Source: Magallana gigas
Taxonomy: Eukaryota
DNA: 64,000 nucleotides
NCBI RefSeq assembly: GCF_963853765.1
Contig: NC_088858.1
Location: 30,876,001-30,940,000 of the forward strand
Direction of reading: 5' to 3'
A model generated the notes under the pieces. That model did not search any database. It was not told the DNA's origin and was given only the letters and a program-made list of their open reading frames with translations. The position numbers and the translations under genes are program-made. Of this stretch, positions 52,616-64,000 are shown in pieces (within the stretch, counting starts at the first letter, position 1; the number at the start of each line of letters is the position of its first letter).

Positions 52616-54254
52616 TCATGTACTTCATCACAGAGTTTAAATGCAGCAACTCATGGGCCTGTTTACAGAAAGCCATAGGACAATTATTAAGTGCCTCCTG
52701 CTCCTGCACATCAGGGTTATTGTATTATTTAAACTTTTTTAGTCCAAATTCCTTAAAAAGATCTTTATACTAGATTATTTCAACATGAAATCATTTATAC
52801 TAGTATTTACACGTGAATAATAATATACTCTCTTGTTATGTGGGTTCCATTATATCGCGTCATTTTGTGAACCAGAACATGTATATTATAACTGTTATGT
52901 CTTGTACTTCTTTTTGTACGTATGTTTTATACAGGACCACAATTAAAACCTTGTTACCAATTGTACGATTCTGTCTTAAAAGACTTCAATATACTTAAAA
53001 TTTTAAGGAATGGGTAAGTGAACAATTACGATATACCTTTTTATGACTTTCTATGACTTTTTTCTTACCCATAAACAATTGATTAATAAAAAAATCGTAT
53101 TCGAATATTTTAAATAAGTCTAAATAGGCAACCACGGCACTCTTTAAATCGTCCTATGAAATAGGTATCGTATTAACATATTTTTTTTTAATTTTGTGAC
53201 ACGCGAAAATGATCTACAAACATACGGTATGTTTTATGTTTAATATTTGTATTCAACTTCGCTGGTTTAAAAGGGGCAAGGTCACGATTTTTGTCGAAAA
53301 ATATTTATTGTTAGCCTTTCCTTGCTTATAACTCTACGACTGACACACAAAAGTTGATTGATCATTAGAAATGCATAACTGTAGCATTATTTACAATAAA
53401 AATAGAACAATAATATTTTACCAAAAACGTTACCGTTCCTTTTAAGTGAATTTGCTGTATGTAAAAACAGTTTTAAACTTAAATCTTTAAAAACTAAATC
53501 ATAGCACGCTGGTACTAATGCACCCTTAACTAACACACAAATGTGGAATGGAATCAAATTATTTTTTTTATCAAATAATGATCCAATTTTCTTTCAAATT
53601 ATCATTTTTAATGTGATGTAGCAACATATCTAACCAAACTATAATATTAAAGATTAGACTTCATAAACCCCCTCCAAAAGATAATGCCCCTCTCTGATTC
53701 ATACCTGACCAACAGTGTCTGTGTATCAACCAATTAAAAGTATAATTGCATATCAATTAAAATCATGTTTTACAAATATTCATTTCTTAAGTACTGGAGG
53801 TTTTGTGAAAGTGGCAACGCTTAGGGTCGATTAAGTAATCGATTTCTATGGTCAAACAAATGTTTTTGTATTAAATGCGCGCATGCGCGATTTAACACTA
53901 AAAAATTTGAAATTTTAATTTTCTGCTGCCGTAAAAAAACACTTTTACAGAATTCCCTTCGACTTTTAGAAACTATTGTGATATTCATGCCGCTAATAAC
54001 AAGGATTACATTCTACTGTTGATAAATAAGGAACAACATTCTTCTAAATGTCAAGCTTGGCACATGACAATTTCCATGGCTGGGTACAATTAGATAACAA
54101 AATTAACTTTTGTCGTCCAGTATTAATAGATTTTCATTTCAATGATTATCATTAAACTATAAATTGTGAATGTTAAGTAATTTAAATGCAGTAATGTAAT
54201 AAACTCAAAAATAAACCGAAACATTTTAATGCCAAGAAAATCTTTGTTTTTGTT

Positions 54255-57200
54255 TCAACCAATCAGATTACCGGTAATATCATCCCTGCAAATATAAAAT
54301 TAAAACCAGATTAAATGCAGAGAATAGAGAAGTTAAAAATCTCTTTGAAATCTTTAAAAAACATGAATGCTGAGTGAGGAAATAAGGAAAAAAAACAAAA
54401 TCAGATAAACTTTCGTTCGTCATAACATCTAAGGAATAGCTTGTACTAGACAAAAATTATAAAATATTGTTAAATATGTAATAACTATCCTTTACATTCG
54501 TTGGGTCCGATTTTCGTGGATGTAAGTATTTGTAATTTCGTGAATGCGTCGGTTATCAATTTTAGCAACAAAGCTGTTTTTGTTTTCGTCGAGAATGCAA
54601 ATTCGTGGGGAGAGGGGTGCAGGTGGGAAGATAACCAAATTTACAACAAAAATCGAAAATTGACCTATCATGGTATAATTTCACAGTATAAAATTTACAA
54701 CGTGACTCAAGTGTTTTAACCTTTGATAACTACAACAGAAATAAAGCGATAACACACGAAAGGTGTCAATTTTTCTTAATTATCACTTATCAGTTTACAA
54801 GTGGTTGAAACTCTGTCTGTTGTCATGATTAATGAACATTCATACTTTTAGTTCTTGAAGACATCGGGTTTGACGGAGCGGCCGCCTCTTTATGATATCT
54901 ACCACGCTATGATATTTACATTCCTCTACGCTTGAGTGACAATGATGCTAAAGGGAAAATCAAAGTTTATGTGTTGGGTCAACAAATATTAATATTTCCC
55001 CCTTTTAATCGGATTTAATTTGTTTTCAGTACGTTATTTTAAAAAAAAAAATCAATTTTATATGATAAAACACAGATAATTGTGAAAATCTTGGCTCGTG
55101 AATAGAAGTATTATAATTTATCTTATCCAATAGCTTAACGAATTGAAATAATTTACTTACATTTGCTTGCAAACATAAAAATACGAGTCGTGGCAGTTCC
55201 TATCGTCCCAGGTATACATGTTATTTTTGTGTGAGGAGCCATCAACCAGCAGACAGTCCTCGGAGTTATTGAGGTCGTTGGGTTCTCCAGGAGAGAAATT
55301 TGTGTACGTAATTTGGTCGCCGTACGGTTCCCAAACAAAAGATCCCTCAACATTCCAATCACTTCCGCCAAGCCATACAATACTTTCTGAAAGTTGGCAA
55401 TAGAAAAGCATAAGTTTACCTTTCTTTGCAGCATTATCATAACGGCCGGTTTTTCAAGCAAAATAAAAATCGAAACTAAATAAATTTCATAGTAGTTTAT
55501 ACGAATAGAAACAATATAAGTCCTGTGTTAGTCTAGTTATTTTGATGTTTAAATTTATTCCTATATTTATAACATATATTTATACTATCTTTTATGAATT
55601 TATTTATCTATAAGTTGAAGATCTATCTTTTAATATATATAATCAAAAAAAGGGTGAAAGGTGGTACATGTATCACACAGTATAAATAATAAAAAAAGAC
55701 AAAGAAAATGAACAATTCGAAAGTTTATATTCACCAGCGCTCTCTGGATTTTAACATCCTTCTTCAGGTGAACGTACATAGTTAAGATATAAGATAACTT
55801 CACCTGAAGAAGGATGTTAAAATCCAGAAAGCGCTAGTGAAAAATAACTTTGGAANNNNNNNNNNNNNNNNNNNNNNNNNNNNNNNNNNNNNNNNNNNNN
55901 NNNNNNNNNNNNNNNNNNNNNNNNNNNNNNNNNNNNNNNNNNNNNNNNNNNNNNNNNNNNNNNNNNNNNNNNNNNNNNNNNNNNNNNNNNNNNNNNNNNN
56001 NNNNNNNNNNNNNNNNNNNNNNNNNNNNNNTTTCGCATAAGGCTAACTATGAAGTTATGTTCCTCTTGATTTTCCACAGATGCTAATACGGAGCCATGAA
56101 TTTGACACATTTTCTGTAAAATTGTAGAAAGTAAACATCGCATCACTTGCTCAGAAAGGAAAACGGAGCGCATTTCGAATCACCTGATTCAGATTTCACA
56201 TCTACTGTGGAATCATTAGAATTCATTGTGAATCAATTTTCGTGGCATTTTGGAGGAATTCCTCCTTACAAATTTACATCATCGGCGAAACAAGTTTAAA
56301 AGATTTAAAAAGTGTTATTTTTTTGTTACTGAAACACACTCATGAAACAATCTCCCCCTGACAAAGCACATAACCCACAATCCACAAAAAATCGCTACCA
56401 GAAATTTAAATGATTCCACAATAATTCAATTCAGCAATTTTTTTTTTATATCATGCATTCAAATATACTCTATGAATATGTTTGCTTTTCTGTGCGTTAA
56501 GGTAGCTTTGTGCTCAAACAATTGATCACGTTTTATTGTTAACAGTTTACAGAAAACGTTTGACAGCCATGCATTTAATTTTTATAACTATGTTGAACTC
56601 ATTTTGGTATACAACTTGTAATTATACAATGTACATCATTTTTTGGTTAAAACAATTTATACAGTTATACTAACACCTTTTACAAGCACCTATCAACAAA
56701 TTCATACTGCTTGTGATTTGTAGAGAGGGAGGAAAATGCAGCCAACACCAAGTCAATAATCCAATTCCCTATTGTACACTACGTGAACATTTCATCAAAC
56801 TCTTAATTTTAATTTGAATTAGGATAATACAATAAATGCACATAAAATGTATCGAGGCGACAGCAATTAAAATTTATATTTGTATATACCATTCCATCGA
56901 ACCAGGACTCTTCTTCTGGTCCCAAATGATAACAAGCAGGTCCATGTTTAATCCAGCCGTACGGACAACACCATGCAACAGTAACTAACACAAGACAAAT
57001 GACATGATTAAACAAAAATTACTAACAAGTGTTGGAGGAACGATGTGATAGATATATGTTGAATAGAAATAGTTGATAAACGATTAAGAGAGTATCATAA
57101 ACCAAGACCCATGTAAAAGTCAAGTTAGATTCATCTCGTTTTCTGTAGATGCATAAATTCCAATAGTCATATGCTCTTAAATTTGATTACAAAATTCAAA

Positions 57201-57266
57201 ATTATTCATTGTTTTAAACATACCTGCAAAACAGAGCCCAAGAATCTGTAGACACTGTTGTGACAT
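54255..57266 (-). CDS. CTL-8: perlucin-like C-type lectin, EPN/WDD type, five exons; end of exon 3 in a gap
   Basis: Exons 57224-57266, 56890-56984, ~56023-56113 (last ~8 nt in N-gap), 55161-55386, 54255-54285; close paralog of CTL-7; tail MDDITGNLIG. Confidence 0.85.
55799..55842 (+). ncRNA. Minimal type-I hammerhead-ribozyme-like motif (PLE type), one arm of an inverted repeat
   Basis: Stem I TTCAC/GTGAA, core CTGAAGA, stem II GGAT-GTTAAA-ATCC flanked by extra A residues, GAAA, palindromic stem III GCGC, TA cleavage site; inverted copy at 55731-55772. Confidence 0.55.
55856..56030. other. Assembly gap (N run)
   Basis: 175 N covering the 3' end of CTL-8 exon 3. Confidence 0.99.
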
Positions 57267-57589
57267 TTTCCCAGAACTGATCACATAATTATTATGTCTG
57301 TCCCTTTATGATAAGATATGTCCACGAACATATTTGTATACGAATTCACGTGTCCAGAAATCAATATACATATTTCAATAAAATGTTTACATGGAAAGAT
57401 TATATGTAGATATAAAATGAGTGAATTAAATTGAAAGTCATATCTGTTCAACTCATAATAAATTATGGCATGCATGTTTTTACATTTTACTGCTGAAGTG
57501 AGCCTTAAATGAACTTATAACAAGTGTGTGATACATGCATATCTGCTTTGACTGCCTCCTCTTCCTTACACTATCACATGTGTTGATAC

Positions 57590-58265
57590 GAACAGTGTTC
57601 AAAATCAAAAGTCCAAAGGAAAAATACAAAACAGGATGAGAGCAAACACGGACCTTTATAAAATTTAGAGGAAGGAACAGGTGCCATAGACCAGTCAGCA
57701 TTCTATGCTGACCGGTCACACTCGCAGTGCACTTTTTGTCGTAATCGGGAAAAACACGAAAAAAATCCGAAGACGATCAGGTAATTAAATAGTGTCAAAC
57801 AATAAGTATGAAAAACGTCAGTAAGCTTGCGATCCAGCGGACAATTTCATTTACTGACATGGTCGTTGTATTGACCATAGAACTCACTAAAAGATGAGTT
57901 CAATCGAGATTGCTGATAGTCCTGTTTATTAACTTGTTTGTCAGTAACTTGCCTCGCCTAAGAATCTTTTCATACGTACATCATGCCCTTTTGTATCGAC
58001 TAAACTGAAATACAAAAACTCCATATGCAGGTTATGAAAGTATATTGCTACATCAGTAAGGAAAATTGACTAAAGAAGAATTTATGTCGTCACGTTTGTC
58101 ATAAATTTGTTATTAGATTACGATCAATGTCCCTTTCCTGTAAAATACCCAGATATGAAACAGATAAGGTAAACCCTGTGGTATTTTTTATTTCACTAGA
58201 ATATATTGAGTCGACTAAAGAATGGAAGTAACAACTATTTATTGATAATACGTCGTCGATATACC
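57590..58265 (-). mobile_element. Penelope-like 3' fragment upstream of CTL-8 (duplicate of 48420-49125)
   Basis: Collinear with the CTL-7 upstream copy, including RYIDDV at ~58250-58265. Confidence 0.7.
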
Positions 58266-59820
58266 AGAATTTTGAGTTGAAGGCGGCGAGTGTTTTATTT
58301 TTTCATGTGCAAGTTTTAGAACAAATTCTGCTTTATATGGTTAAGAAAATAGAGGGATATAATCAACCATAACCAACCGCAAATATATATGTTATTTTTC
58401 ATGCTAATGTTGTCATCAAAAATTAATAATGTATCTGCGCCCTTCCAATAAGTCAAATAAAAATATTGTAGATTTTACAATTTAAAGCTGATTGAATTGA
58501 ATAAGAAACAATAACACAAAAACTTTTAATAAAAATATCAATTCATCATATTATACATAAAAGTATTACTTAGCATTAGCAGCCTATAGTATTTAACAAA
58601 TAAGATACAAATGTAATTTAAAACCTCTAAAGTTAAATCTTAAAAAGTTATTAATTCCCATAATTTCCACCCTAATAAATGTACACTAATGACATTCTAG
58701 TACATTTGTACATATTGCAACAAGCGTTTAAATAAGCGTTTGACTTTCTTTAACAGCGATTGTTTGCACCATAAAGAGTGTGAAGTATTAAATTATTAGT
58801 CAATGGAAATTTTTAAGCAGCTTTTATTTTAATTTGGAGGTTTTAAAAAAATTTCGTGTAATTCAAGGTTTATTTTATTGATTGAACATTAGTTATCCTC
58901 TCCTGAAAAAGTGATGGACTGTATCAAAAGCCTAATAATAAATAAATAATAGTTTGTTTCGTTGGTCAATTAAAGTGCTCTACACACAATTTGCTAGCAA
59001 AACAACTACATTTTTTAGTTTTTTCTATTAACTGGTTGTAAAGTGTGTCAAGAGAGACAACACAGTTACAGTAATGTTAAAAAATCAAGCAAACTTCTGG
59101 TTTATCTTTCTTACGAACAAGATATTATTAATGGCAAAATCATTAATATATTTAATGACTGAAAAAAAAAGATGTTTTTCAAGGTTTTAGAATTTATTTT
59201 ATATGATTCGATATTAACAAAAAATATCAAAACTTATCTAACAACACCCTCAATTATTTTTGGTAAAGATAAATGAATAGCAACATTTCAGAGAAAAGGA
59301 TTTCCAAAGAAAGTTCTAAAAACGCGTTTTCAGAACATTTATGGAATTAATATAATACTATAAGATAAATATACCCGAACTGTACATAGCATTACAGTTA
59401 TCTCACATATCAAATGTATACGCGTGAAACAACATATCCTTCTATTTTGTAAAACAGATAATCATTGTTAAATCAATGACAATAACACAAATATTGATAT
59501 TTTACAAGTATATTGCAAATCATTATTGCAAACAACTGACAATTTTGATTAATCTGTTTCTCCATATGTATTTTAATTTTAAAAATCGTTAGCTTCTTTT
59601 GGCATTCATATCTACTCAGTTTCACAAAATGGAATTCATATCATACATTGAATGACCATTGACATCATAAACAATTGTCAAAATGAATTGAGAATTTTTT
59701 ATCTAACAAATGAAATAGTACCAATTGAAGAAATTGTTAATTAAAGAAATACATCAGCTGCTCTTTGAAAGACATATAGTAACATGTTAATATTACGTAG
59801 ATCCATGCAATGGTATGTTC

Positions 59821-60952
59821 CTATGATCCATGTGGATACATCATGTCCACATATTCTAAAAAAAAAACCAAATATCAATTACAATAATTATTACATTTAT
59901 CAAAAAAATCGAAAGTTTCTATTAATTTCACCAAAAAAAGCTTACCATCGTAATCTATTTTTCCGTCCCCGTTTTTGTCTGCCTTTTTCATCATTTCATC
60001 AACTTCCTTATCTGTTAGTTTTTCACCCATCTTTGTCAGAACGTTTTGTAATTCTTCTCTAGATATAAAGCCATCCCCGTTCAAGTCAAAGACTTGGAAG
60101 GCTTTCTTTAAATCTGATTTGACTTCATCTGGCTTTTTGTAAGATTTCTTTAAGAATGCCATGAATTCATCAAACTCTATCATTCCATTTCCTTGAAATA
60201 AAAAAAAATATTGTAACAACACTTAAATTCCATTAAAAACTCATTCTAAATGGAACTTAAGAGTAAAAAGTTATTAAGATTTTTTTTCCCTGGGAGGGGG
60301 GGGGGGGGTGACGCTACAAAGCATTCAAGTACAATGTCAATATTAGTATATATTGCTTATATGTATAGGTACACCATCTACAGGTCTACTCAAAACATTT
60401 AAATCCACAAATTTAAAGCCTTATCTTAAATCTTAGTCAGGTCGAACAAAGTATTAAACATGTGTAGTAGGGAATAAAATCATTCCCCTCAAAGAGTATT
60501 TAATCTCTTTTCTTTATATAGTTCACCGGTATCTATGCACATGCCTTTTAATACACAAGTGTACGTGCACTTAATTGAGACAACAAATCTTATACAAATT
60601 CTGAGCGATATTGAATTATTGACCTTTTTTCAAAATGCACTATCTTTACCTACCGTTTTTGTCGATTTCATTTATCATGTCTAAAATTTCTTTTGCTGTC
60701 GGATTCAGACCAAGCAAACGCAATGCTGTTCCCAGTTCCTGGGCACTTATTTCCCCACTACTGTCCTTGTCAAATTCATCAAAGACACTCTTTGCTTCTG
60801 CAATCAAGGCTGCGCCCAAAAAGAAAGAAAGAATAACTTTAAAGATTTGTAAAATTCAGTTTACCATGCTAATTTTCAAAGAACATGTAAACAAAAGGGT
60901 CAAAACCTGTAGCTGATTGGTGGGAGGAAATATCTGACAGATCCAGCGACAT
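59821..60952 (-). CDS. Calmodulin-like EF-hand protein 1, 160 aa
   Basis: Exons 60907-60952, 60654-60809, 59946-60191, 59821-59855 (483 nt); loops DKDSSGEISAQE, DKNGNGMIEFDE, DLNGDGFISREE, DKNGDGKIDYDE; too divergent for canonical calmodulin. A probable upstream UTR exon ends at 61097 (GTAAGT). Confidence 0.9.
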
Positions 60953-62815
60953 TTTTGAGTCCTGAAAGTACAATCAGTATATCTACTGCAGAGTTTGCAT
61001 GTTTAGTGAGTTCAGTGTTAAATTAAAGTTTATTTTTGAAAACTAATGCTTTAACGTTTGTTAAATTGAAAGTTATGAACATAACCAAATACTTACAGTT
61101 CTATTCTTAGAATCCTCATGAAATCTTCAAAGTTAACGCGTCCGGTCGAGTTGTTAAGTCTATATAAATTGCATAAAAAGCGTCGGTTCCTTCATCTTTT
61201 AACTTTTTTTTTATACACAACTGCTATCATTTACTAGTAGATAATGCCTACCAGCTCTATTATGAGCAATTGTTTTCCTTATCAATTTGTGTTATGGATT
61301 GAAAGAACGATAAATATTAGGACTGCTCTACTTTGGCGAATTTAAAAGCCGGGAAATATGTAGTCTACTTTAAATCGCCCATGTTTAAAGTTCCTTACTG
61401 TACATCGTTACTTAAAGTCAGTGTGATCGCATTGATCGAGAAGTCTAATTACACGTGTTTTCCGACATATGAATGTGAAAAATATGTCAAACGCATTTAA
61501 TTAAATAATGAATCATTTTTACACAAGGATATATGCTTTGAAAAAGTTTTTTTCGATTAAAATCAATTTGTCAATATGATTAATTCAACTATAGTTATGA
61601 ATTAGACCTGTGACAGTAATAAATAAATAAACTCAATGACACGATTTAACATCATTAAACATTGCGATATTTTTATATTGAAGCATATCCGAAAATTTGA
61701 AGCAAGTGTGACAAATCACTATGATAGGTAAAATATAGCGTTTTATTTTGACTTGCAATTTAATTTACGTTATTTTTCGGGAATTGCCATTGCCAATCAT
61801 TATAGATCCAAGTATCGAAAAAACATCTTGCTGAACAAAGGTTTATCTTATTCGTCATTTAATAATTGAGCATCAATTTTAAGGATTTAAGCGACAAATC
61901 TCACATTTATTTGTTACGCAAAGCTGAGAAGCAATTTTAACGAATTTACGTAACCAACATATTCCTATGACAAGAACACATATCAATTTAAGGCGTCCAA
62001 AAATCTACAAACGAAACATCATTAACATCTTCACAAGCATTTACAGATAACACTACACAAATCATTTACTTCGTAATCTTATCATAATCATTTATTCATA
62101 TTTTAATGCAATATAAACTTCTATAAATCATATACAACATAAAAGAACTTGATTAAAGGTCTAATTATATATTATTAGAGTTGATGATTATCAACAAGTA
62201 AGGCGGTTGGTGAGACTGTTCTTTGTCATTTAAATGTGACGTCATCAAAATGGTTATATATCAAACTTTGTATGCCCGAATCTCTTCTTGGAATGATACG
62301 TTTGAATTTTTTCTATCCTTTTGGATACATAGTATCTACATATTCTGAAAACCAAAAATGGGAGTTAGCGAAAACATTCTGGAAATACTCAACCAAAAGC
62401 AGTTATCAAGAAACAAGATTGCAACAAACCATATAGTTTAATATTTGTGTTTACGTTACAATGACTTTGATTTAAAAACATGAATGAATTTAACAGAATT
62501 TTATGAACATATCAGTTGAAGGTATCATAAGTGATACTTTAATCATAATAAATATTTATGTGAAAATGTCAGTTCAGGGTACAATATATGGTCATTAATT
62601 TAAATCAAAATAAATTTATTGGAATTACTAGTGTATGAAAAACCATCCGTTGATGTATTTTCTATGCACGCTGTTAGAAGTAGCGTAGATAATTACTTAC
62701 AGTAACATTTTATACCAAAATGTAGAATTCCATGACATACTAAAAAAACCTTTTAGAATTTAACTCCAGTTACCGAACTATCTGACGATAGAATTGTAGC
62801 TTCCTCATTTCAGGT

Positions 62816-63022
62816 NNNNNNNNNNNNNNNNNNNNNNNNNNNNNNNNNNNNNNNNNNNNNNNNNNNNNNNNNNNNNNNNNNNNNNNNNNNNNNNNNNNNN
62901 NNNNNNNNNNNNNNNNNNNNNNNNNNNNNNNNNNNNNNNNNNNNNNNNNNNNNNNNNNNNNNNNNNNNNNNNNNNNNNNNNNNNNNNNNNNNNNNNNNNN
63001 NNNNNNNNNNNNNNNNNNNNNN
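62816..63022. other. Assembly gap (N run)
   Basis: 207 N, where the last exon of calmodulin-like 2 is expected by analogy with the 90-bp last intron of copy 1. Confidence 0.99.
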
Positions 63023-63055
63023 TTGTTTTCTATAAGACTTTAAAATATCGCTTAC

Positions 63056-63825
63056 CTTCGTAATCTATTTTTCCGTCCCCATTTTTATCTGCCTTTTCCA
63101 TCATTTCATCAACTTCCTTCTCTGTCAGTTTTTCTCCCATTTTTGTCAAAACTGATTGTAGCTCGGCTCTGGATATGAAACCATCCTTGTTCAGATCAAA
63201 CACTTGAAATGCTTTCTTTAATTCCATCTTCACCTCGTCCGGCTCTTTGTAAGACCGTTCCAGGAACGCCAGGAATTCATCAAAATCTATCATTCCATCT
63301 CCTGTATAGAGTATTTATGAATTTATCTATCTAAAATTAAATGCAATCATATTTTCCGTATTCTTTAAATTAAAAACTTTTTATAAACCTGTAACAACTC
63401 AACAATACAGCACAGCTAAATATTGAGGATTAAAAAAACCCGAACACTTGAATCCTTGATAACTTATAAAACAATTAAAAATAAATATAGGTAAGTTTAA
63501 AGTTGAAAACGCACCATTTTGGTCAATTTCGTTTATCATGTTTTGCACTTCTTTCATCGTTGGATTCAGACCAAGCATGCGCAATGCTGTACCCAGCTCT
63601 TGTGCACTTATTACCCCGTTTTTGTCCTTGTCGAATTCACGAAATACACTCTTAGCTTCAACGACCAAAGCTACAAAATACATGATTTGGAATCGAAGTG
63701 CAAATTAAAAAAAATTCATATAAACGTTATTACAATAAAGATGGTAACAGCGAAATTAAGAAAGAATAAGATAAGATACCTTTGGCATTTTTGGATGAAC
63801 AAATGTTTGACAAATCCATTGTCAT
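63056..63825 (-). CDS. Calmodulin-like EF-hand protein 2 (last exon missing, probably in gap)
   Basis: Exons 63780-63825, 63515-63670, 63056-63301; same lengths and phases as copy 1; loops DKDKNGVISAQE, DQNGDGMIDFDE, DLNKDGFISRAE, DKNGDGKIDYE(E). Confidence 0.87.
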
Positions 63826-64000
63826 ACTTGATTCCTGGAAGTACAATAGCAATATGTATGATAAAAGTAAGTTTTAGATGTGTTCATATTTACAGATGAT
63901 ATTTTATGAGTATTAACGTACTGATTTCTTGAAAATATAATTCATTTCTTATATTATAGCATACTTGAGAATCATTTCTATATCATTTACTTTATCTAGA

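Noticed and set aside
7842-55161. In-frame stop overlapping every exon 4 donor, suggesting a designed retention switch
   Set aside because: Any phase-2 intron starting GTAA or GTGA gives xxG-TAA/TGA automatically, so this is not evidence of regulation.
56809-57015. ORF track suggests CTL-8 starts with a fused signal peptide MFNHVICLVLVTVAW
   Set aside because: The start is TTG in intron sequence. A good acceptor precedes 56984, and a true ATG exon exists at 57224-57266, conserved with CTL-7.
43650-59450. Duplicated blocks might be uncollapsed alleles of a heterozygous genome
   Set aside because: Frequent substitutions and indels throughout, private TE insertions and amino-acid differences fit paralogy better; read depth would settle it.
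61097-61119. Upstream ATG in the probable 5' UTR exon of calmodulin-like 1 (out-of-frame uORF)
   Set aside because: The exon and transcription start are only inferred and no matching uORF could be verified in the second paralog; too weak to claim regulation.

Overview
AT-rich eukaryotic genomic DNA with spliceosomal introns and four N-gaps. The gene families and repeat types suggest a bivalve mollusc, probably an oyster (inference). Positions 1-57.3 kb hold a minus-strand tandem array of secreted perlucin-like single-domain C-type lectin (CTL) genes, whose exons I assembled by hand. There is one partial gene at the left edge (CTL-0), six with complete intact frames (CTL-1, -2, -4, -5, -6, -7), one intact but with a few exon-3 bases in a gap (CTL-8), and one with a 1-bp frameshift (CTL-3). 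There are also two orphan signal-peptide exons and three decayed exons. The paralogs differ at the sugar-specificity motif (EPN, QPD, QPN, KPD, RPN, EPN x3), and CTL-6, -7 and -8 share a 31-bp last exon encoding MDDI(T/I)GNLIG-stop. The array shows three separate tandem duplications with roughly 9-kb spacing. Introns and spacers carry TTAA-flanked Kolobok-like and TA-flanked MITEs, a hAT MITE with an 8-bp TSD, Helitron/Helentron ends, Penelope-like RT fragments, and an inverted pair of hammerhead-ribozyme-like motifs. Two tandem four-EF-hand calmodulin-like genes (minus strand) occupy 59.8-63.8 kb. I found no prokaryotic-type system (CRISPR etc.). The best candidates for novelty are the lectin specificity repertoire, the conserved Gly-ended tail exon, the orphan first exon and the intronic ribozyme hairpin.
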